From the NCBI GenBank assembly GCA_951406725.2, contig OX597823.1, positions 99,324,001-99,388,000 on the forward strand: a stretch of DNA of 64,000 bases. The letters are read 5' to 3'. The translations under genes were made by a program, and so were the position numbers. Of the stretch, positions 39,873 through 53,300 are shown in pieces. The stretch is from Octopus vulgaris. Its lineage: Eukaryota. The notes under the pieces are model-generated. The model saw only the letters and a program-made list of their open reading frames with translations. It had not been told where the DNA came from and did no database searches. Positions within the stretch are counted from its first letter, which is position 1; every line of letters begins with the position of its first letter.

Positions 39873-41021
39873 TGTAAGAAATAGGATCACGCTTGGTCGT
39901 ATCGTGTAGGAAATACGATTGCACGCGGTTCTACTCTTAACGAATTATTCAAAGCCATAAACTACATACAAACGACGATAGGACATAAGTGAATTGACAC
40001 AAGTCTTCTGTTGGTAGATAAATATTATTTATTTTACGTATTTTACAATCGTGTGGATTTTAAGAGTTCGTAAACGTTAGCACGTTTTGTGTCTGTGTGT
40101 TCGGGTGGCGTGAAGCATACCCAAAGGTACTGAACATAGAATTAACAATGGCATTTAGTTTACTGTTCATAGGGCAAGATGCTGGAATCTACTCGAGAGG
40201 CTTTCAGTAGTTGTATAGATTAGCGTAGCAACAGGTAGTAGCAGAGACAATCGCATATCTCTAAGTTGAGCAGCAGGTGGCCTAAGTTAGTTCTTAGAAG
40301 AACTGGAAACCGAGTATTTCTTTATTATCCATAAGGATTAACACAGATGGGGACAATACAATGATTTGGGGTCAAAACATGGAACTTTTTACAATGAAAT
40401 CGGATGGGTTATTTACAATGGAGTTATAATGAAATCGAATAAGAACAAACAAAAAAGAGACAAAGCCAACCCCACGAGCCCTGTCATTTCAGCTGAAACT
40501 TTTGGTAGGTGATCATGGCGTGTTCATGCAGGGCCTTTCACACCCAGCATCCGTGCTACATGCATCCATCTTTTCTTGAATATAGACTTTGTCAGACACC
40601 TTTTCTCTAGCTCCACCTTCCTGAAGAACTGGAACCCAAGACCTAAGTGTCTGTGAACCCTGCTTTATATACTGTTTGGTTGGCTCACCGAACTCCAGAA
40701 AATGGAATTTTAACCGAAAGTCTTGATTGGCTGATTCGCAATTATGGCGCGAAATAAGTCGAGACAATTCGCGTCACGTGTCAACCAGTGGCGCGGACTT
40801 CGTAGGGACCCTCGTGTCACATGTCCCCCAGTGGCGCGAAACACGTAGAGACCACTCGTGTCACCTGTCAGCCAATCAAGTTAGTGTTTAGAACAAGAAC
40901 AAGTTGACCCAAAGATGGTTGTAACCTCAAACGAGATCATTTCTGCCTTGCCTTTCATACAGTGAAGATATTAGCAATCGCTATAGCCATATTTCAAAAT
41001 GGCTGAAACTGCCACGCTACA
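39873..41021 (-). mobile_element. Solo LTR (Gypsy-like)
   Basis: TGTA..TACA ends, 4-bp TSD GAAC at 39869-39872 and 41022-41025; removing it restores Tx1 LWKGS-NPLVRRS; TATA near 40665 and AATAAA near 40030 on minus. Confidence 0.8.
40315..40622 (-). mobile_element. Short 5'-truncated Tx1 copy inserted in the solo LTR
   Basis: Matches 38746-39045; flanked by imperfect 18-bp direct repeats GAAGAACTGGAAACCGAG (40297-40314) and GAAGAACTGGAACCCAAG (40623-40640). Confidence 0.82.
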
Positions 41022-42084
41022 GAACCCTTCCACAGGAAGCGAAAGATTTGCCTTTCCAGCTTGTTCACCCACGAATCCGGACAGAGGACGACGGTTAGGC
41101 GGTATATGATGACCGATGCCATGAAAACATTGGCCACCTCCGCCCGCCCTTTCAAGGATAGCCACCGCCAAAACCAAGTCTTGACCGCATGAGTCACCTT
41201 GCTCGTGACCTCCGGTTGATTTCTCCACTTTCTGAAATGGTTATTTAACATGCATTTTAGATGTTTACTACCCCCAAATTCTTTGTACTCGTAACTTGCA
41301 TATCTATCACCCGGAAGAATTCTTTCAGTTAACTTCTTCGAAATCCACTTAGAACTTTGATTAGAAGCAAGTAATTGGGAAGGAATCTTGGTACTTTTTA
41401 ACAGCCTACAAAAATAAATTCTAATGTTTTGATTTATGTTTTTCCCCATTACCACGAAATTCAGATTTCGGACAAATCAGGAACAAAGAAATTGGAGTAC
41501 CGTTCGAATGAGGGTAATTTGGGACACCCTATGCCTGCCAAATGATCGCTTGTCCCAAATTACCCCTCGAAATGAGAATTATGGGGGTTGGCGGAATTCT
41601 GGTTTAAGCACCCCCTCATAGCTTGAATTTTCAGAAAAATTTACCCGAACACCAACATACAGAAATTCATACGACTAATGCTTTGCAATAGACCATTAAA
41701 TGTGTTTATGAGGAGAAAGTGACAAAGAAACGAAAAGGGTATCACAGATGGTTATGAGATATGCTAAAAATAGCAGCTAAATAGATCTTAAGTCACGATC
41801 CGAGCTTTTCCCTCGTAACTTTTAGGAAAATGGGGTTTTTTTCAACGAAATTTTTTAGAAATACCTTTCAAACGACATACATTGCGATTATAAGGAAATG
41901 TGTGGAAAATACAAAAAATCCGAGTTTTTCCCCTCAAAATAAATGTGTATGTATATATATATATGGATCCTTTCGGTTTGAACGGCAGTTTTTAACATAA
42001 TTTCTAGGTAACTAAAAAATGTTAAACTTCGTATACTGGTAGAATGTGTTATAAAAGATCTTTTTCTCTTGGCTTTATTGAGAA

Positions 42085-42250
42085 AATTCTGCTTGCCTAC
42101 TCTATTTATAATTGACAAGTAGGCTCAGCGGAGCAACTAGCTGACGTTGCGCGCCTTTCAATTTCATTTGTGGAGCAGCCTAGTCACGTGACATAAGCAT
42201 GCTCGTTTTCGCTTAACAGTTTATGACTGCTGGAGCTTACTAATTTGTGA
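42085..42250 (+). promoter_or_regulatory. Orphan diverged H2A promoter copy
   Basis: Matches reverse complement of 37525-37695 (GCGCGCCTTTCAATTTCATT, TCACGTGA, GCTGGAGC) but breaks off before the TATA-like box. Confidence 0.75.
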
Positions 42251-42509
42251 ATCCCGCCTTCGTCCGTTTCTCTGTCCCCGCTTGGTGTAACTTTCATAGT
42301 TGATAAAAAAATTAATTCACTGTTTTGCGCGCCTTTCAATTTCATTGGTGGATTTTGACAGCAGCCTAATCACGTGACATGAGCCCGCGCTCGTTTTCGC
42401 TTAGCAGCTTGTGACTGCTGGAGCCTCCTAACTTGTATTTAAAGGCAAAAGAAGCCCAAAGAAATATCATTTGGAGTATTTTGCTGAAAGCTACTGCCAA
42501 TCTTTGAAT

Positions 42510-42887
42510 ATGTCTGGACGCGGTAAAGGAGGTAAAGTAAAGGGAAAGAGCAAGACCCGCTCATCCCGCGCCGGGCTTCAGTTTCCCGTCGGTCGTATCC
42601 ATCGTCTTCTCCGTAAGGGGAACTATGCTCAACGTGTTGGTGCCGGAGCCCCAGTCTACTTGGCCGCTGTGATGGAATATTTGGCTGCTGAGGTGTTGGA
42701 ATTGGCAGGAAATGCTGCCAGAGACAACAAGAAATCAAGAATTATTCCCCGTCACTTGCAGTTGGCCATCCGTAACGACGAAGAATTGAACAAGCTTTTG
42801 TCAGGAGTGACCATCGCCCAGGGTGGTGTTCTTCCCAACATCCAAGCTGTCCTTCTCCCCAAGAAGACTCAGAAGGCAGCCAAGTAA
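42510..42887 (+). CDS. H2A: Histone H2A, canonical, same protein as 37073-37450
   Basis: 125-aa ORF; stem-loop GGTCCTTTTCAGGGCC at 42929-42944. Confidence 0.98.
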   Translation: MSGRGKGGKVKGKSKTRSSRAGLQFPVGRIHRLLRKGNYAQRVGAGAPVYLAAVMEYLAAEVLELAGNAARDNKKSRIIPRHLQLAIRNDEELNKLLSGVTIAQGGVLPNIQAVLLPKKTQKAAK

Positions 42888-44381
42888 ATTACTTATTACG
42901 GAGGCATTTGTGCTTTATCCATATCAACGGTCCTTTTCAGGGCCTCTCACACTTTGTGTATTGTTTTCTTTCGACTGTTTGATTGCGATTTTTGTTTTTT
43001 AAATCCTTTCTAATTTATCTCCCCATTAAGTTTTAAAGGAGCCCTCCCCCAAATTTACATTGTCCACCTCAATCTACCCTTCCCCTAAGTTTTCAAATGT
43101 TACTCCTACGTTATCGATACTTTTTTTTTCAGCGGATTATTTTAGAAGATGGGAGTTCCGTGTAGAGAGATTAAATAAACAGATAAGGTATAGGTAAATA
43201 AATGAAAAAGTAAGATGCAAGCCTTTGTTCGACGACGGAGCGGGTTGTAAATTTTAAGATATTAGAAAACATCAATACAGTGAGAAATAACGAGGAAGGT
43301 ATCAGGTGGACGTGCGATGTGCTAGAGACCAAATTTTTCTTTTTAATTGCTTCTGAATTATTACAGCCGTCTCCTGTTGCTGGAGTGACGCAACTGAAAA
43401 AACCCTGCCTGTTATGAGAATATTTAAATCCACAACCTTATAGCATCACTAGTTAAAATAATAGCCATTTTTAGGCGAAATTCTGGTTTAAGCAAGACCA
43501 TTAAGGAAAAAGAGGTCTAATATATAGATCCGCGCCCGAGTGATATTTTGGAAAAAAATATGTGTAACAGGTGTAAGGCATCGTATATTGAAGGAATATG
43601 ACGCAAAAAAAAAAGCGCGCTGAGAAACGGGGTGGGGAGGGGGCTCGGAAAATTTCCACGATCAACCGTAGAGGATCCGCGCCCAAGTGGCAAAAATGGA
43701 AAAAAATGTGTAACAGGTGTAAGGCATCGTATATTGAAGGAAAATGACGAAAAAAAAGCGCGCTGACAAACGGGTGGGTGGGGAGAGGGCTCGGAAAATT
43801 CCCACGATCAACCGTAGAGGATCCGAGCAATAAACCTCAACGCCCGCTCGCAGGAGCGCAACAGAAACCGTCTGAATACTTCTCATGCAATGTGTATACA
43901 ACAAATATTGTTGGGTGGACAAACACACACACACATATATATATACATATATACGACGGGCTTCTTAAAGGTTCCGTCTACCAAACCCACTCACAAGGCT
44001 TTTGCTGGCTCGAGGCTATAGTAGAAGACACTTGACCAAGGTACCACGCAGTGGGACTGATCCCGGAACCATGTGGTTGGTGAGGAAGCTACTCACCACA
44101 CAGCCATCCACTCTTTCTCGAACACATCTCTTCTAAACCCTGCCAACGCTGTTTCCCCGAACACACTTCTCGACAAAACTCATATTTTTTTGTAACTTTC
44201 AAATAAAATAATAAAAAAAACACCCCTTAATTTCATATTGATGTGGGAAAAATACTCCGAAAGAAATATTTGCAGAAAGGTGAGTAGATTCATTACACAA
44301 TTCATTTCATTGTGTTACCGCAGTTTAGTGAGATTTGGCTGTTATTTCTAGCATGAAAATAGCCGGCTTGAGGGGGATATA

Positions 44382-44729
44382 TCTTTATATATAAAAGTGA
44401 GGTTGTGTGCTATGTCTCCTACGATTTAGATTCCTAACTACTCCCACATTTTGCGGTGCAGTTTAACCGAAACCGGGTATCTTATAGTTGTGATTCATAT
44501 GAGTCTACGATTTAAAGATAAATTTACCATCAATTTTCCCCATTTTTAATGCATTTTTGGCATAAGGGAAGTAACTCTCTAAAAATTTATTATTAAATCT
44601 CAGAACGTAAAAAGCTATAGTAACACCCCCCCTTTGTGGTTAACCATATTGAGATGGCTTTACATCTCTAAAAATGCTTATATAGTTATTTCCCTTACAA
44701 ACCCGAGCAACGCCGGGCGATACTGCTAG
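44382..44729 (+). mobile_element. Short non-autonomous Helitron
   Basis: A|TC start, 3' hairpin CCCGAGCAACGCCGGG followed by CTAG|T. Confidence 0.75.
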
Positions 44730-44767
<38 letters not shown>

Positions 44768-45036
44768 CATATATATATTATTTTACAAACAAAAAGTGAA
44801 AACTGAAGTAATGGAATTTGAATTTTTGAAGTTGCGATTGATAATTATTCTGTGACAATCAATAATATTGTGAAAATATAATCTGTACTTACCACATGCG
44901 TGGTAGATTTGCTGATTATTTTCAACAAATCTACCACGCTTCTATTTCAAATTCTTTAACGTTGTCAGTTGTTGCAGCAGCCTCGTGGAAATTGGTCGAA
45001 CATCTTTATTGCCCAGGATACAAATTCGCAGGATAC

Positions 45037-46018
45037 AAATAAAGCAATGGAAAATAATGGATCTTTTCTCTTTGAAGGCCAGATTTTCCTAGTTAACTAA
45101 AAAATTTGAAACTTCGTATACTGGTAGAATGTGTCAAAAGAAAACATTATTGTAAACAAAATCGTAACTTAAACGTAGTTTAATTTTAAGAATTTTAACC
45201 AATGAAATCGCAGCATTCGAGCTCAAATTATTTACCTCTTCTTCTGTCTTCTACATGTGCTAGAAATAACAGCTATATCTCTTAAATCGATTAATTTCGT
45301 CGCCCAATAAAAATATTAACGATATTTTTTGAATATTTTCTTTATTTTTTTTTTTACCGGAAAGGCTTCTCCCATGGTTTTGAAGGGCCAGAAACAACAA
45401 AAACAAAACAATAATATGTCTAAATCGGTCTCGAGTTTGCGCGTGGAGTGTGAGTCGTATTGTAAAAATTTGCGAAATATTTTTTCATAAAAGGATGTCC
45501 CCAGCTTGTCGGAAGCTGTAATATAAATTGGGAAAAAAATCCTCGACACCAGTGCGTAATTGGTACTTAATTTATCGACCCCGAAACGATGAAACATTGA
45601 CCCCCACCTTCTGTGCAAATTTGTTGCAAGTGGCAAAACACAACGTGTATTTTTGCTTGTGTGTGTATGTATATGTCCGTTTGTATGTGTGTGTACGCTT
45701 ATATATTAATTACTATGTGCTTGTGCAAATATGTATGTGTGTGTGGTGCGTCTGCTATATTTCTTTATCAATATCGATAACGCAGCAATGTTGGGATTTC
45801 ATTGATTAATATTCGAAGATGTTGGGATTTCATTGGTTAAAATTCGTAAAAATTAAACTACGTTTAAGTTACAAATTACAATTTTGTTTTCAATTTTGTT
45901 TACAATAATGTTTTCTTTTGACACATTCTACCAGTATACGAAGTTTCAAATTTTTTAGTTAACTAGGAAAATCTGGCCTTCAAAGAGAAAAGATCCATTA
46001 TTTTCCATTGCTTTATTT
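45037..46018. repeat. Inverted pair of Merlin-like MITE ends including their outer flank
   Basis: About 45037-45205 vs 45830-46018; GGATCTTTTC termini at 45059 and 45996; further ends of this family near 41965 and 46199. Confidence 0.8.
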
Positions 46019-47524
46019 TTTTTTACCCGCGTAACAATTAAATTAATTTAACAATTAAGAAAAAAAAATTTAGGGGGAGGGTGAGGGTTAGTTACAGGAT
46101 GTTGTCTCAGTTTTAGACGCAGCAAATGTTGTTTACCTAAATGGAGGTAATCGATTGGTTAAAATTGCAGAAATGCTCGGATTTTCAGACGAAATATGGG
46201 ATCTTTTCCTTTTGAACGGCACATGTCAACACAATTTCTAGTTAACTAAACACTTTAAAACTTCGTATACTGGTAGAATGTGTCAAAATAAAACATTTTT
46301 TTCTCTTGGCTTTCTTGATAAAATTGTAATTCGTTTCTTTAACGTAGTTTAATTTTTCGAATTTTAAGTGTGCATTGAACTGAATTTAAATAAGCAAGAA
46401 AGTTATTATCAAAGAAAAGACCATAGCACCATGACTAGGTTGTTAAGTGAGTAGGCAATCTATTTCTCATAATTTATCAAAAACCGATGACGTCATTCCT
46501 CCACCAGCTTGCATGTTATTGTATACAATTACAAACTTGTAATAATGCTACTGTTTATTAATCAATGTAGAAAATAATCTCTTTGGAAGTTATAAAACAT
46601 TCGATGAAGTGACCCTAAGCACAAACTCTTCACAGGCCGCTTGAACGACACCAAAGCATTAATATCTTAATTGGTAAGCCAAAAGGAATTGAAATATTCA
46701 CGTCTCTCCTCTGTAAACATCTGATTGAAAATGTTTACTTTAGAGAACACTTCAAAAATAAATCTCGAAGAAGAAGAAAAGTTGAAATTTACTGAACTCT
46801 TGTAAGCAGGTTTTCACGAGTTCCCTCCCTTATATCATTTCTGTAAAAATATGTTTAAGAATTGTCATTTTGCCAGAATTCTATCTCCTTTTTATTATTA
46901 TCAGTTGACCAATTAAATCAAATTTTTTTATTAATCAATCAGCTGGCTTGTAAGAATCCTTTAATTGCAGTTCACAACCTCATTTGCTGAATTTATGATT
47001 ATGATGAGAAAATGGTATAAACGTGATTGATAAAAGTAAAAAACTATATTTTTCTCACTACAGAAGCCATATACTTTGAATTTTGTTAAATTTAATATTA
47101 GATGCATATTGAATACATACTTATTTGTCAACTGCAAAATATTGGAAATACATGGGAAGAGAATAAAAGCACAAGGATACTCATCTCGTCAGTTCACCAT
47201 TCCTAGGAGGATTGTGAAGGTAGAGTTCTTGGGTACTTCGTCCATAGAGTCCTGTCACAAGCACCTGTCAGACTTTCCAGCTGAATTCCAAAGCATGACT
47301 AACTGAAACTATTCTAATTACATGTTTGTAGTACCAAGAGCTGTAACCTTTCACTGCAGAGAAGTCGTAGCTCAACCTGAAGATATTTCCAGACCTCTGA
47401 GCCATGCACTCTGTTGTGTAATGTTACTCTAGAGATCCCACTGGAAGAACCAGATTTCAATTTGCATTCCCAGTCATACTCTTCTTTCGTGACAATAGGT
47501 GAGGATAGGCAGCTTGGTGCTGTA

Positions 47525-47680
47525 GCTAGTAAGACTGACTGGACGGCAGTTGACGGGATGTGCGATCACCCTTTTTGAACACAGGAATGAACTGGCAATG
47601 TTCCACTGCTCTGGAATAACGCAGTTATTAAGTCAGGATTGGAAGAAGAATGAAAGCTGGTGCAAAAGAACCTTCCATAT
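47525..47680 (-). mobile_element. Degraded CR1/L2-like RT fragment
   Basis: CVIPEQWNIA, IPVFKKGDR, NCRPVSLTS across frameshifts. Confidence 0.6.
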
Positions 47681-47934
47681 TTGAGAAGCAGGTAAGTAAC
47701 ATTATTAAGACCACAATAAATATAATACGTATCATATATATTTGATATATATAAAAAATAATGATTGCGTAAATAGCAACTGCATAATAAAAGAATATGA
47801 CCATAAAGATAAGTAAAAAGGAAAATATGAAAAGCCAGAGTACAATTGTTAGCAATAACGATAAGAATAACCAAAATTTAAAAAAATAATAATAATAATA
47901 AAAATATAGTCAAAAAGAAAGCAATACCAGGGTC

Positions 47935-48318
47935 ACAGATTGGTTCCCGTGCCGTTGACATGTAGAAAGCACCATTCAAGTGTGATCACTGCCAGTGTCG
48001 CTTTACTGGCAAGTAAAAAACAACATTCGAGTGTGGTTGTTGCCAGTGCCACCAGACTGGTTCCCATGCAGGTAGCATGCAAAAACACCTTTTGAGCATG
48101 GTTGTTGCCAGAACCACCTGACTGGCTCTCATGCCAGTGGCACGTAAAAGCACCCACTACACTCTTGGAGGCATTAGGAAGGGCATCCAGCTGTAGAAAC
48201 TCTGCCAGATCAGATTGGAGCCTGGCACAGCCTCTGGCTCACCAGTCATCAGTCAAACCGTCCAACCCATGCCAGCATGGAAAGTGAACATTAAACGATG
48301 ATGATGATGATGATGATG
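47935..48318 (+). mobile_element. RTE 3' UTR fragment with (GAT)n tail
   Basis: Tandem GGCACGTAAAAGCACC units and the terminal block shared with 31440-31735. Confidence 0.8.
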
Positions 48319-48576
48319 AGTATTATTTGATAATAATATCATTTAATATTATTTAATAATGATGGGCATGAATGTATTTCTATAACTGGACGTGTGTGTA
48401 TGTCTATATGCTTAAGTATCTTTTTGCAAGTATGTACATTTATATATATATATATGTTAATATGCGTATATATGTATTTAAATATGTATATACGTTTGCA
48501 TGTGTATGACTATATAAGTATTGGTATGTATGTGCTCTTATGTGTATGTAAGTCTATGTAAGTGTGTACATATGTG

Positions 48577-50325
48577 CATCATCATCATCATCATTTAACG
48601 TCCGTTTTCCATGCTAGCATGGATTGGACCATTCGACTGGGTTCTGGGAAGCCAGGAGGCTGCACCAGGCTCCAGTCTGACCTGGCATCGTTTCTACAGC
48701 TGGATGCGCTTCCTATTGCCAACCACTCTGTGAGTGTAGTGGGTGCTTTTTACACGCCACCAGCATTGGTTCCAGGGGAGGCTGGCAACAGCCACGATCG
48801 GTTGGTGCTTTTTACGTGCCACTGACATGGAAGCTAGTCAAGGCAGCGCTGGCATCGGCCATTTTCAGATGGTGCTTTTTACGTGCCACTGGCACTACAA
48901 TTTCCATTTGATTTTTTGATGTTGATGTACTTGACTCAATAGGTCTCAAGCACAGCAGGTCGCCCTACGATCCAAGATAAGCACAGCAGGCCGTCCTGCG
49001 ATCCAAGGTACTTTGGATGGGCTGGGGCTTCTATGTCAAGCTGGTGCAGGAAACAGCCATGAACTCACGTTATTTGTCGGGTCTTCGCAGTCACAGCATA
49101 TCTCCAGAGGTCTTGGTCTTTCGTCATTGCCTCTGTGAGACCCAACGTTTGAAGGTCATGCTTGACCACCTCATCCCATGTCTTTCTGGGTCTACCTCTA
49201 CCCCGGATTTCTTCAACTGTTTGGGAGTGGCACTTCTTCACACATCTCTCCTTATCCATCTGTAGTACATGACCATACCAGCGCAGACGTCTCTCTTGCA
49301 TGCCACATCCAATGCTTCTTATGTCCAGCAATTCTTTCAGGGTACTTACACTCTGTCGTGTGTGCACACTGACATTACACATCCAGCGGATCATACTAGC
49401 TTTGTTTCTTTCAAGCCTACGCATGTCCTCTGCAGTCACAGCCCATGTTTCACTACCGTGAAGCATGGCAGTTCGCACACATGCGTCATACAATCTACCT
49501 TTCACTCTGAGCGAGAGACCCTTTGTCACCAGTAGGGGTAGGAGCTTTCTAAACTTTGCCCAGGCTATTCTTATTCTAGTGGTAACACTCTCTGAGCATC
49601 CACCCCCACTACTAACTTGGTCACCCAGGTAGCGGAAACTATCAACTACTAGTTTCTCCCCCAGGAGTGTAATGGAATCTGTTTTCTGAGTATCAATGGT
49701 GTATATTGCCCCTGTGCGTCTGCTGCACACGAAAGCTATCTTCTCGGTTAATTTTCCTTTGATGTTGCTGCACCTCTTATGTGTCCATAGCTTACTCTGG
49801 GTACAGCTTATGGAGTTTCTACCTACACCTTTTCTACAGATCAAGCAGGGCCACCTATCTGAAGGGGTGTGCAGTGAGTTTGCCTTCATACTTACTAGAA
49901 CTTTGGTCTTTGCTACATTGACTCTAAGGCCTTTTGATTCTAAACCTAGCTTCCTCACCCAAAATTTCTTTTCTAGTTCTGGTAGTGATTCTTCTATGAG
50001 GGCCAGGTCATCAGCACAGAGGAGCTCCCAGGGGCAACCCATCTTGAATTCCTCTGTTATTGCCCGGAGGACTATGATGAACAAAAGGGCTGAACCTTGG
50101 TGAACCCCTACTTCTACCTGGAAATTCTTCACTATACTCATTGCCGATCCTAACCTTGCTAATGACCTCTCTGTATAGGGCCTGTACAGCTCTTATTAAC
50201 CATTCTTCAATCTCCAGTTTCCGCATCGCCCACCAGATAAGGGATCGGGGGACCCTGTCAAAGGCTTTCTCCAAGTCCACAAAAGCTATGTAGAGGGGTT
50301 TATCTTTAGCTAGGTATTTCTCTCT
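48577..50325 (-). mobile_element. 5'-truncated RTE-clade LINE, same family as 29505-31735
   Basis: AFVDLEKAFDRVPR, GVHQGS, LLCADD, SFRYLG, MLHGSETW, RGRGRPRKTW; long open frame 49065-50141; 3' UTR and (GAT)n tail. Confidence 0.92.
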
Positions 50326-53300
50326 GATGATCATGTCGATATATGATTAGGTAATCTTTTGTCATTGATTTACAACTTGATCAATGATAGTTGATTATTT
50401 ATCTCACCGTAGAAAAACTTTGAAACATAAAGGTATAAATTAATATGCAAGAATAAAATGAAGGTGAATTTACATATAAGAAAATAGAAGTGAATATAAC
50501 TGTGATTTTTAAAAGTTAATATGGAGGTAGTGAATTGACAATCACTTCTGCATTAGTTAAAAAAGCTTCACAGCATTTGTTTAAAACCTCTGCATTCTGA
50601 GTTCAAATTGCATGAAGGTCTTTTGTTCTTTTTGGGGTCAATAAAAAAATACCTCTGTTAGAGACACTTAGTGGGTCTCTGTTCCATCTGTTGGTATTCT
50701 AATATCAGTGCTTTGCCAGAATGCAAAAAAACCACAAAACATCAATTAAGTTCTGCTAATCCATTATCTTGGTTTGATGCTTTTTTTTTTAATCAATCTG
50801 AAAGGATGAAAGCAATGCTTGGGATGACACAGATGCCAAGCTATATAAATCCAGATAATCTCCTTTTCTATGGATAACCACCAGTGATGCAGAGACAGGG
50901 AGACTTGTATGTATGGACAGCAGCTGGTCTTTCTAACATAAATCTTGGCCAGGTCTGCTCATTGACCTGTTTTGATGTATGCTCAATGCTGACTGATGGA
51001 GGTGATCTTTAACTCTTCCATGACGTAATTGTTTAGCTTCCAAGACACAATCAAATTATTGTTGAAGTCTGAATACAATTTACATTGTATTATTATTAAC
51101 ATTAGCCAAACATATGATTCAGGTGTTGTGTAACATAGTTTTCACTAGAACTGTAAAGTTCTTTGAAAATTATTATACATTGGTGAAAGCTGTTTGAAAA
51201 ATTTCATTCCATTGACTCTGCCTAGGAGATATATGACTTACTCATGATTAATCCCTCTAAGTTTACTGGTAGCAATATCACCTCTTTAGATTGACATCAA
51301 CTGAATTAGAAACCGATGCAGTAAAATGATATATTAAGGCAAATTTCTGTTTATCAAGTTTTATTGCAGTTGCAATTATATAAAATCTAATCTAATTAGC
51401 GATTTAATTGCCCAAATGTCTTTGCTGAATGTTGTATTACAACCTACTTCGATGGTAGGACTGTATTTTCTAATTCTATTCTCATAAAATGTTTCAGGAA
51501 TTTTAAGATATATTTGTGGTATAAGTGTTTCACTAACATGAAAGCCTATAAAAATATATTTCAAATCATTATCAACCAAACACAAACCATTCTACTCTTG
51601 TAGGATCTAATTTAGTAACAAAATATGAGCCAGGTTAAAAGGTGCCACATAAACTTCAGTGTCAGAAAGGAATCAGACAACAAACAGTTGCATTAAAAGA
51701 TTCTCTCTCTTTCTCCCTCTCTTTCATTTATCTTTCTTCTGCTTGTCTCCTACTACTCCTCTTAATATAAATTGCTTAATTATTAAATATGCCAGCTTGG
51801 GATGTTGATGCATCATCATCATCAGTTTATGTCTACTTTTCCATGATGGCAGTGTGCAAGCTCAGTGAATCCGTCCAACTGATGCCAGCATGGACAACGG
51901 AAGTTAAATGATGATGATAATGATGATGATTTCACAGACCATTTATTAGAAATCACCAAATAGTATATACATCCACATACACACACATCTGGCACACTCT
52001 TCAAAATAGTTGATGTTAAGAAAAGGGCATCCAGCCATAGAAACCGTGCCAAACCTGACATTTGAGCTCAGCACAGTTCTCTTACCCATTGATCCCTGTA
52101 AATAATCCAATCCATATCAGCATGGAAGCTGAGCATTAAATGATGATGATGATGGGGGAATATCTATTGAACATGTGATGCAAACAGTTGGTTGTGGTCT
52201 AGGGAAAATATGTTTCCTTTTCCATAATACAGTTAAAATGCTGGACCTTGTGTCTTTATTTAATCTATGTTGATTGTAATATAAAAACCTTATAATTTTG
52301 ACACTTTAATCATTTATGACATCTAAAACAAATGACATGTCAGCAGGTAAGCTGTGTATAAAATATTAGGTTTATTTATGGAAGAATTCAATTTCTGCAA
52401 TTTTTGCCTGTTTGGCTGTGTGGAAGATAAGGTCTGAAATGTTAGCTGGTCCTTTTGGTACCCAACCAGGAAAGTCTCTGCCAAGTTTGTGGAATCATCT
52501 TACCCAACTCTTCATCAAAGGTGGCTTTTGTAAGTCAGTAATTCTACAGAGAAAGTCTCTGCCAATTGCACAGTTTACACCATTGATAAAACTTTCTTTT
52601 CCTTATCAACCATCATGGGAGATATTTTTATCTTCTCTTTTACTAAACTCACCACCATGGAGTATTACTCTCCTGTCTTGCATGTTGCTAATGCTGCTAC
52701 ATGTAGAGAGGAGCCACCTGACTAACTGGAATAACATCACTCACAGACACACTCAAGTCTCTAGTCTACAGCTATGCTCTCTCTCTTCTCTCTCTCTGCC
52801 TTTTCTATCACTACTATAATGGTCTTTGTTTCTTGAAGCTAGTTGGTCTCAAGCTGCTCCACCATGCATTCCCAATCTACTCATTTCTCCTTCTCCCAAC
52901 ACCACAGATCCCACACTAATCACAACCCCCAGAACTTCCTCCCCAAACTGTTAGCCCTCTATAATTCCCTCTCTGCTCATGTCTTTCCCACCGTTATTCA
53001 CTTGTAACTGTTCAAGAGAAACATTAATGGTATTGCTCTCACCAGTGCAGAAGAGTCTGCAAAGGTCATGGCCCAATGGCCCTTCTTCCACACCCACCAA
53101 GTAAAGCAAAAATGGAGACAAACATATCAAATGTGAAAATATTTCCATTTATCAGAAGCTAACATCCCCAACAATATATCCTCCATTTATTGAAAATGAC
53201 ACATTATTCTGAATGTAACTCCTTGATTTAGCAAACTCTTCCATCTTCAACTCTCTACAGGGACCAATCATTGTCTTTAGAGACATACCACAAAATGTTC

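Larger units (their letters stand above)
38746..41211 (-). mobile_element. 5'-truncated Tx1 LINE, interrupted by a solo LTR and with an internal inverted duplication
   Basis: LSLKGRAEVANVFMAS, ICCQKPLKGGL, LDNFQKSLAWQCYRGALP, CPRC; 3' end AATAAAGAAA; 39052-39260 is an inverted copy of 39514-39722. Confidence 0.88.

Noticed and set aside
47331-47697. Plus-strand exon candidate ending in CAG|GTAAGT
   Set aside because: The frame I translated hits a stop and the segment overlaps an antisense CR1-like relic; at most a non-coding exon
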